From contig JAYZXK010000041.1 of the NCBI GenBank assembly GCA_036141415.1, forward strand, positions 1 to 33,409: DNA of 33,409 bases, read 5' to 3'. This DNA comes from Pseudomonadota bacterium. GTDB lineage: Bacteria > Pseudomonadota > Gammaproteobacteria > Enterobacterales > Alteromonadaceae. This document shows, piece after piece, positions 27,447 to 33,409 of the stretch (position 1 is the stretch's first letter; each line of letters begins with the position of its first letter). The position numbers and the translations under genes are program-made. Below the pieces are notes generated by a model. That model did not search any database, had not been told where the DNA came from, and saw nothing but the letters and a program-made list of their open reading frames with translations.

Positions 27447-27920
27447 ATGGAATACTCAGCTCAGACAATGACAAATACACCTACCAAGGCTTTTCGGATT
27501 GCTGCAGTAGCGGCGCTGATTATTGGGGTTGCCAGTTATCTGATTGGTTTATTTAACGCTTATATGCAGCTTAATGAAAAAGGCTACTACCTGACCGTAA
27601 TGCTACTGGGGCTTTTCGCAGTGGTGTCTTTACAGAAAACCATCCGCGATAAAATGGCTGGGATTGAAGTAACCCGTGCCTACTTTATCGCTTGTGGCGT
27701 AGCTACTGTGGCCGCTATCGCTCTGTTAATTGTGGGGTTGTACAACGCGCAACTGGCACTCAGTGAAAAGGGCTTTTTCGGGATGGCCTTTGTATTGAGT
27801 ATGTTTGCCGCTATTACCGTGCAAAAGAACGTGCGGGATTGTGCTGAGGCGAAATCCGAGACCGCCACTAATCAATCAACCACGAGACAGGCAACCACTT
27901 TCGTTCCGGATGCTGAGTAA
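27447..27920 (+). CDS. yiaA: Inner membrane protein YiaA (two YiaAB repeats)
   Basis: Internal duplication GLFNA..LNEKGYY..SLQKTIRD / GLYNA..LSEKGFF..TVQKNVRD; four TM helices. Confidence 0.85.
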   Translation: MEYSAQTMTNTPTKAFRIAAVAALIIGVASYLIGLFNAYMQLNEKGYYLTVMLLGLFAVVSLQKTIRDKMAGIEVTRAYFIACGVATVAAIALLIVGLYNAQLALSEKGFFGMAFVLSMFAAITVQKNVRDCAEAKSETATNQSTTRQATTFVPDAE

Positions 27921-27980
27921 GTCGCCCTGCTGGCTACTTACTATCGATATTCAGGTAATAAACTAAACAAGGATTGAGTG

Positions 27981-28433
27981 ATGGGTAAAAGTTTCTGGAT
28001 AGTGCTAATTATCGCCTTCGTTGTTATTAATGAAACCCTGGTGGACTGGGTACTGGCAATATTCGTTGGCGATTACGGCGTGGCAGAAGGATTTGCCAGG
28101 GTTACGCGGTTTTTAACTATCGACAGTCTGCTATTTGCCGCAGCATTCAGAGCCATTCCCTACGGTGCTCTGCTGCTGGTGGGGCTAACGACCAGTCTGA
28201 AACGTTCCGTGCCAGGCAAGCTCGCTCTCTGGCTGGCCTTATTGGCCATTGCGGCAATTCATTTTTGCGGCTATTGGGGTATGCAGCATTCACTGTATAC
28301 CACGGCCCACACATCCTCAACTTCTGCGTTGGCACTAATCTTTGTACCTATCCACGCAGCATGGATAGGGGCGCTTACCGGTGGAGCTGTGTTTGTGTTG
28401 ACGAAGCTCGGGGTGCGGCTCTTCAAACGGTAA
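27981..28433 (+). CDS. Hypothetical membrane protein (~4 TM helices)
   Basis: SD AAGGA before the GTG-ATG start, hydrophobic helices, co-directional with yiaA. Confidence 0.7.
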   Translation: MGKSFWIVLIIAFVVINETLVDWVLAIFVGDYGVAEGFARVTRFLTIDSLLFAAAFRAIPYGALLLVGLTTSLKRSVPGKLALWLALLAIAAIHFCGYWGMQHSLYTTAHTSSTSALALIFVPIHAAWIGALTGGAVFVLTKLGVRLFKR

Positions 28434-28465
28434 TATATCGGAGTAACAACGCAATGAACTGTGTG

Positions 28466-28487
28466 ATGCCAGGGGGCCCTGGCATTT
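28466..28487 (+). terminator. Hairpin before the MscS gene (possible weak terminator)
   Basis: ATGCCAGG-GGGC-CCTGGCAT followed by only a short T run. Confidence 0.35.
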
Positions 28488-28548
28488 CTGATCTATTCAT
28501 GGGAAAAGCGATTATTAACTAGCAGGAACAGCGCAAAGGAATAGATTA

Positions 28549-29586
28549 ATGGGATCCTCTACCAGTGAACTGGTTACCTCGTTAGAGGCATACTGGCAGG
28601 CTTTTATCGTGAAGCTGCCTGCTATTGCATTGGGGTTAGTTATATTGATGCTGACCTTGTGGCTCGCCGGACGTGTTTCACAAGCTTTGATTAGACCTGT
28701 TCGTTACCTTTCTTCCAGCCCGCTGTTGCGTTCGGTAAGCCAGCGCGCGGTGAGCCTGGTTCTTATTCTGCTTGCACTGTATATCTTTTTGAAACTTTCC
28801 GGCCTTACCGAGTTTGCCGTGGCGATAATGAGCGGTACTGGTGTGCTGGGGCTCATTCTGGGATTTGCCTTTCGGGATATCGCGGAAAACATGATAGCCA
28901 GTTTGCTATTAACAGTGCAGCGCCCGTTCCGCATTGATGACGTGGTGCAAATAAATAGTTATACCGGGGTGGTTCAGAAAGTCACCACGCGGGCTACCAC
29001 GCTGGTAGACTTCGATGGCAATCATATTCAGATCCCCAATGCTGTGATTTACAAAGGGACCATTAAAAATCTCACCGCAAACCCTAAAATGCGTGGCCAG
29101 TTTACCTTAGGCATAGGCTACGATGCGGATTGTCAGCAGGCTCAGCGGTTGGCGTTACAGCTCATTGGTGAGCACCCTAACGTACTTAAAGAACCTGAGC
29201 CATTAGTGCTGGTTGATGAGCTTGGCTCGGCGACGGTAAATCTCAAAGTGTATTTCTGGATCGACGTAGAAAGTACCAGTGTAATTAAAATGGCATCGGT
29301 ATTAATGCGCGACCTGGTAGAGCTGTTTACCGTTCAGGGTATCAGTATGCCGGATGACGCACGTGAAGTGATTTTCCCGCAGGGCGTGCCGGTGACGATG
29401 GTGAATAGTCAGGAGCAGGTTAGCGAGCAAAAAGCACCGGTTAAACAACGCATCGTCAGCAAACCCGCGGCAACCCCAGAGAAACACTCAGCCGCGCATG
29501 ACGATGTCTCCAGTGAAAATGACGATATCCGCCGCCAGGCAGAACAAGCCAGAGCACCAGAGCAGGGGGCGAATATTTTGTCGTAG
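28549..29586 (+). CDS. MscS-family mechanosensitive channel
   Basis: Three TM helices, pore helix GVLGLILGFAFRD, RPFRIDDVV, IQIPN and GIGYDAD, with a long charged C-terminal tail. Confidence 0.9.
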   Translation: MGSSTSELVTSLEAYWQAFIVKLPAIALGLVILMLTLWLAGRVSQALIRPVRYLSSSPLLRSVSQRAVSLVLILLALYIFLKLSGLTEFAVAIMSGTGVLGLILGFAFRDIAENMIASLLLTVQRPFRIDDVVQINSYTGVVQKVTTRATTLVDFDGNHIQIPNAVIYKGTIKNLTANPKMRGQFTLGIGYDADCQQAQRLALQLIGEHPNVLKEPEPLVLVDELGSATVNLKVYFWIDVESTSVIKMASVLMRDLVELFTVQGISMPDDAREVIFPQGVPVTMVNSQEQVSEQKAPVKQRIVSKPAATPEKHSAAHDDVSSENDDIRRQAEQARAPEQGANILS

Positions 29587-29667
29587 AATGCGTAACAGGG
29601 CGTGAGGAAAAGAGAAGTATTGGCTTTGTAGACCTGTATTAAGTAGGGTTATTACTATTCAAGGCGT

Positions 29668-29703
29668 TGCACTTAATTGGTTATCTCGCTCTTTTATGGT
29701 GCA
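29668..29703. promoter_or_regulatory. Tandem NtrC-like binding sites
   Basis: TGCACTT-AAT-TGGTTAT (29668-29684) and CGCTCTT-TTA-TGGTGCA (29687-29703) against consensus TGCACCA-N3-TGGTGCA. They lie ~60-100 bp upstream of a sigma54 promoter. Confidence 0.65.
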
Positions 29704-29765
29704 TAAAAGAGCTGGGGTTACGCAAGTTTATAATTTACCCCTATGATTTTATGGTTGTTTTTATA

Positions 29766-29781
29766 TGGCGTATTTTTTGCG
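29766..29781 (+). promoter_or_regulatory. sigma54 -24/-12 promoter
   Basis: TGGCGT-ATTTT-TTGCG, with GG (29767-68) and GC (29779-80) separated by exactly 10 nt. Confidence 0.8.
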
Positions 29782-29802
29782 CTAGTTTTGGGAAATTGAT
29801 TT

Positions 29803-29851
29803 GGTAATGAAGCCCGCACTCTGTTTACAGAGCGCGGGCTTTTTGTTTTTT
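29803..29851 (+). terminator. Leader attenuator with overlapping ANTAR-like hexaloop hairpin
   Basis: Terminator AAGCCCGC-A-CTCTGT-TT-ACAGAG-C-GCGGGCTT plus a T tract lies between promoter and start codon. GGT-AATGAA-GCC (29803-29814) overlaps its 5' arm. Confidence 0.75.
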
Positions 29852-29864
29852 AGGACACAATTTC

Positions 29865-31331
29865 ATGAGCGCAGATAAATTCAATATATTTTCCTTTAGC
29901 GGGAAAATGAAAATTCTTCATCTTTCCTGGATGGTTTTCTTCGTTACTTTTATGGTGTGGTTTAATATGGCGCCGCTGAAACAGGTCATTATGAATGACA
30001 TGGGGCTGAGTATAGAAGAATGGAAAACCTTGCTGATCCTTAATGTGGCACTGACTATTCCGGCCCGGGTTATTATTGGTGCCTTAACTGATAAATATGG
30101 CCCACGTTTAGTTTACTCTTCACTTCTGGCCATTTGTGCAATACCTTGTTTTATGTTTGCCTTTGCCAGCGACTTTATCCAGTTAGCTATTGCCCGGTTT
30201 GCACTGGGCTTTATCGGGGCTGGGTTTGTCATTGGTATTCGAATGGTCAGTGAGTGGTTCCCCCCCAAAGAACTGGGTACTGCAGAAGGCGTTTATGGTG
30301 GTTGGGGAAATTTTGGCTCTGCCGCAGCGGCATTTACATTGCCCACCCTGGCGGTGCTATTCGGCGGTGATGACGGATGGCGTTACGCCGTCGCTCTTAC
30401 CGGCGTGCTATGTTTAATTTTTAGTGTTATTTATTACACCAACGTCAGGGATACACCCAAAGGCTCAACTTATTTTAAGCCAAAGAATCTAGGCGGAATG
30501 GAAGTGACCAGCAAGGGCGACTTTTACTTCCTGCTGGTAATGAAAACACCAATGTACCTGGCGCTGGCGCTACTTAACTGGAAACTGTCTCCCAGTGGCG
30601 TTGATATGCTTAGCGCTAACGTTTGTACTATGATTTACCTGGCGCTGTTCGGAATTTACTGCTTCGACGCCTACTCGAATTTTAAGGTGAATCGTTCGCT
30701 ATTTACCAAACCGGTGCCTACTGAACATCAATACCAGTTTAAGCAAGTCGCGGTGCTTAACATTCTTTATTTTGCAACTTTTGGTTCTGAACTGGCGGTA
30801 GTGTCGATGTTACCGGCTTTTTTTGCTGAAACCTTCGAATTATCAATGGCTACAGCCGGTTTACTGGCGGGAATGTACGCTTTTATGAATCTGATGTCCC
30901 GACCTGGAGGGGGCATTATCTCAGATAAGTTTGGTCGTAAGAAAACACTGCTGATCTTAACCGCCGGTTTAGCTGGTGGTTACTTTACTTTAAGCTTCAT
31001 TGACGCAAACTGGCCAATTTGGCTGGCTGTACTGGCGGTTATGGCGTGCTCATTTTTCGTTCAGTCCGGAGAAGGTGCTGTGTTTGCAGTAGTACCATTA
31101 ATTAAACGTCGTCTTACCGGGCAAATTGCCGGTATGACCGGAGCCTACGGAAACGTCGGCGCAGTCACTTATCTGACAGTGTACTCATTTGTGGATGCCA
31201 GTACCTTTTTTCTGGTGATTAGTGGTACGGCAGCGTTCGGTTTTATTACATTATTGCTGATGAAGGAGCCCAGTGGTGCAATTACCGAGGTAAATGAAGA
31301 TGGCACTGTTGAACTTATTCAGGTCGGATAG
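29865..31331 (+). CDS. NarK/NRT2-family MFS nitrate/nitrite transporter
   Basis: About 12 TM helices, MFS loops GALTDKYGPR and GIISDKFGRK, nitrate signatures EGVYGGWGNFG and AGMTGAYGNVG, plus YFATFGSE and conserved intramembrane Arg residues. Confidence 0.92.
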   Translation: MSADKFNIFSFSGKMKILHLSWMVFFVTFMVWFNMAPLKQVIMNDMGLSIEEWKTLLILNVALTIPARVIIGALTDKYGPRLVYSSLLAICAIPCFMFAFASDFIQLAIARFALGFIGAGFVIGIRMVSEWFPPKELGTAEGVYGGWGNFGSAAAAFTLPTLAVLFGGDDGWRYAVALTGVLCLIFSVIYYTNVRDTPKGSTYFKPKNLGGMEVTSKGDFYFLLVMKTPMYLALALLNWKLSPSGVDMLSANVCTMIYLALFGIYCFDAYSNFKVNRSLFTKPVPTEHQYQFKQVAVLNILYFATFGSELAVVSMLPAFFAETFELSMATAGLLAGMYAFMNLMSRPGGGIISDKFGRKKTLLILTAGLAGGYFTLSFIDANWPIWLAVLAVMACSFFVQSGEGAVFAVVPLIKRRLTGQIAGMTGAYGNVGAVTYLTVYSFVDASTFFLVISGTAAFGFITLLLMKEPSGAITEVNEDGTVELIQVG

Positions 31332-31361
31332 CGTTTACAGCTAACCAGCGTAAGTGGTTTG

Positions 31362-31400
31362 GGCACCTGCTTTCTCCTTAAGGCAGGTGCTTTTATATTT
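31362..31400 (+). terminator. Terminator-like hairpin between the transporter and the phosphatase-kinase gene
   Basis: GGCACCTGCTTT-CTCCTT-AAGGCAGGTGCT followed by TTTATATTT. Confidence 0.65.
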
Positions 31401-31405
31401 GTGAG

Positions 31406-33118
31406 ATGAGCATGTCAGCACTAAAAATTCACTATGGTGGTTATACCTCACAGGGTATTAAATTTGAAAACCAGGATGCGTTCGCGGCCTGGCATGGTGA
31501 GGGTACTCAACTCAAAGATAAAGGGGCGGTAATCGCTATTGCCGATGGCGTATCGGCTTGTACTAAAGCTAAAGATGCCTCGCACACAGCGGTAAACACC
31601 TTTATCTATGATTATATTCAGGCACCGTCAAGCTGGTCGGTTAAACGTTCGGTAGGGAAGATTCTAACCAGTTTAAATCGCTGGTGTTACGGGCAGTTTG
31701 ATTATGCTCAGGGCGGAGGCAGCCAAATGTTAACTACGCTGAGTTGCCTTATATTCAAATCAGCCACTGGCTTTCTTATGCATGTTGGGGATAGTCGGAT
31801 TTATCGATATCAGGAGGGTTTACTTGAGCAGTTATCCACCGATCATGTCATAAAACAACGCAGTAAAAATATTTTAACCAGAGCGATAGGACTGGATGCT
31901 AAGCTTGATGTTGACTTTGCTTCTTTCGCTTTACGACAGGGCGAAGTTTATTTACTCACGACCGATGGGGTACATGATTTTCTGGGCGCCAAAACGCTTG
32001 CCAAAAAGCTCAGGGATATGCACAACCCGGAACAGGCTGCACGAGACATTGTTGATGCTGCGCTGGATGCCGGGAGCAATGATAACGTCACTTGTTTTAT
32101 TGCAATGGTAGAAGCACTCCCTGAAGCTAACCTTAACGAACTGGGTGTAATCGCCAGTGAAATGGTTATCCCGCCACCACTGGAGGTAGGTCATAAACTG
32201 GAAGGTTTTCGGGTAATTGAGCAGGTATTTAACGGAACACGCTCCTGTTTATACAAAGTAGTCGACGAAACCAGTGGGCAGATTTACGGCCTTAAAGCGC
32301 CAACGGTAAAGCATGGGGATGATGCCGATTTTATGCAGGGCTTTTTGCGTGAGGAGTGGGTAGGGCGGAATATGGACAGCCCCTACGTCATGAAAATATT
32401 ACCAAGACCAGCCAATACCCATTTTATCTTTCATGTCTGCGAATACATTGAGGGGCAATCATTAAGGCAATGGATGATAGATCATCCAGCACCATCACTG
32501 GATCAGGTGCGCCGTATAGTTTTACAAGTGGTAAAGGCGTTAAGGGCATTTCAGCGTAATGACATGGTGCATCGGGATCTGAAACCTGAAAACATTATGA
32601 TAACCGAACACGGCGAGGTGAAGCTTATCGATTTTGGTACGGTTCAGGTGTCGTCGTTACTGGAAACCGGCGAGCAACAACAAGAAAAGTACCCGGTAGG
32701 CTCAGTGCACTACATTGCTCCAGAGTTTCTGATTCACAACCGGAGTAGCTTTAAAGCGGACATGTTTTCTCTTGGGGTGATCGTTTACGAAATGTTTACC
32801 GGTAAATTACCCTATGCGCCGTTTGGTTTTAAAGACTATATTCCTGCAAGTACAGATGAATATAGGTATCAGAGTGTTCGAAAGACTAGAGCAGATTTGC
32901 CTGCATGGCTGGATATTTGCCTGAAGAAAATAACTCACCCTGAAGAAAGTAAACGCTTTGAGGCCTTTTCGGATTTCGAAACCGCGTTGTGTAATCCCGC
33001 TGAAATTATCTCTGGGGAGGTAACAAAGCCGCTAATCGAACGCAATCCGGTACTGGTGTGGCAATTAATCAGCGCTATTTTGTTTGTGATTATTGTTTGG
33101 CAGTCAATCAGTGGTTAG
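31406..33118 (+). CDS. Bifunctional PP2C-type phosphatase / Hanks-type Ser/Thr kinase with C-terminal TM anchor
   Basis: PPM motifs NQDA, IADGVS, HVGDSRIY, LTTDGVHD and SNDNVT. Kinase motifs GLK, HRDLKPEN, DFG, YIAPE and DMFSLG. Hydrophobic C-terminus. Confidence 0.92.
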   Translation: MSMSALKIHYGGYTSQGIKFENQDAFAAWHGEGTQLKDKGAVIAIADGVSACTKAKDASHTAVNTFIYDYIQAPSSWSVKRSVGKILTSLNRWCYGQFDYAQGGGSQMLTTLSCLIFKSATGFLMHVGDSRIYRYQEGLLEQLSTDHVIKQRSKNILTRAIGLDAKLDVDFASFALRQGEVYLLTTDGVHDFLGAKTLAKKLRDMHNPEQAARDIVDAALDAGSNDNVTCFIAMVEALPEANLNELGVIASEMVIPPPLEVGHKLEGFRVIEQVFNGTRSCLYKVVDETSGQIYGLKAPTVKHGDDADFMQGFLREEWVGRNMDSPYVMKILPRPANTHFIFHVCEYIEGQSLRQWMIDHPAPSLDQVRRIVLQVVKALRAFQRNDMVHRDLKPENIMITEHGEVKLIDFGTVQVSSLLETGEQQQEKYPVGSVHYIAPEFLIHNRSSFKADMFSLGVIVYEMFTGKLPYAPFGFKDYIPASTDEYRYQSVRKTRADLPAWLDICLKKITHPEESKRFEAFSDFETALCNPAEIISGEVTKPLIERNPVLVWQLISAILFVIIVWQSISG

Positions 33119-33136
33119 CTGCTATGATCGCAGAGA

Positions 33137-33409
33137 CTATTCGTCTTCGTTAAAGCGGCCAACAATCAGGTTTTCTACCGCCGCCATGGCGGCTTCGGCA
33201 TCCGGGCCTTCGCTGATCACATCAACCTGTTCGCCCTGGTGACTTTCCATCAGCATTAACCCCAGCACACTGTTGGCATTAGCTTCTTTATCCCCCTTCT
33301 TAAGGGTGATTTCAGCATCAAACTGATTGGCCAGTTGCACTAACTGTGTGGCCGCTCTGGCATGCAGGCCAAGTTTATTAACGATGGTAAGGGTTTTTTC
33401 TACGCGCAT
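33137..33409 (-). CDS. npr: HPr-family phosphocarrier NPr (PTS-Ntr)
   Basis: NKLGLHARAA (His16) and ANSVLGLM (Ser47); 90 aa. The start codon is at the window edge. Confidence 0.88.
   Translation of the reverse strand: MRVEKTLTIVNKLGLHARAATQLVQLANQFDAEITLKKGDKEANANSVLGLMLMESHQGEQVDVISEGPDAEAAMAAVENLIVGRFNEDE

Noticed and set aside
1270-32194. Numerous 60-150 aa antisense or alternate-frame ORFs in the ORF track
   Set aside because: They overlap well-supported genes and lack motifs and RBSs, so they are best read as shadow ORFs.

Overview
A core-chromosome segment from a marine gammaproteobacterium; gene order and protein sequences suggest Alteromonadaceae (inferred, not searched). Bases 1-18.5 kb are housekeeping: xerD (5'-truncated)-dsbC-recJ-[89-aa unknown]-recO-pdxJ-acpS-rlmD-relA-mazG, an orphan solute-binding-like gene, rplM-rpsI, an inserted chemoreceptor with a sigma28-type promoter, petABC and sspAB. 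Bases 18.5-33.4 kb are more accessory. (1) Two tandem exported Spondin_N-like proteins precede an orphan, Cys-rich OmpR-family regulator with a degenerate receiver whose ribosome-binding site is buried in a 15-bp perfect stem. (2) About 390 nt of highly structured non-coding sequence carries three GGA-loop hairpins and is a candidate Csr/Rsm-type sRNA. (3) A lipoprotein prolyl oligopeptidase and mgtE follow. (4) An ~8 kb block between mgtE and npr holds an HTH regulator with a DUF2145-YiaA operon, an MscS channel, and a nitrate/nitrite transporter with sigma54, NtrC-like and ANTAR-like signals followed by a PP2C-phosphatase/Ser-Thr-kinase fusion. I saw no tRNA, rRNA, CRISPR array, transposase or phage gene. 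All family assignments come from recognising motifs by eye; no database searches were run.
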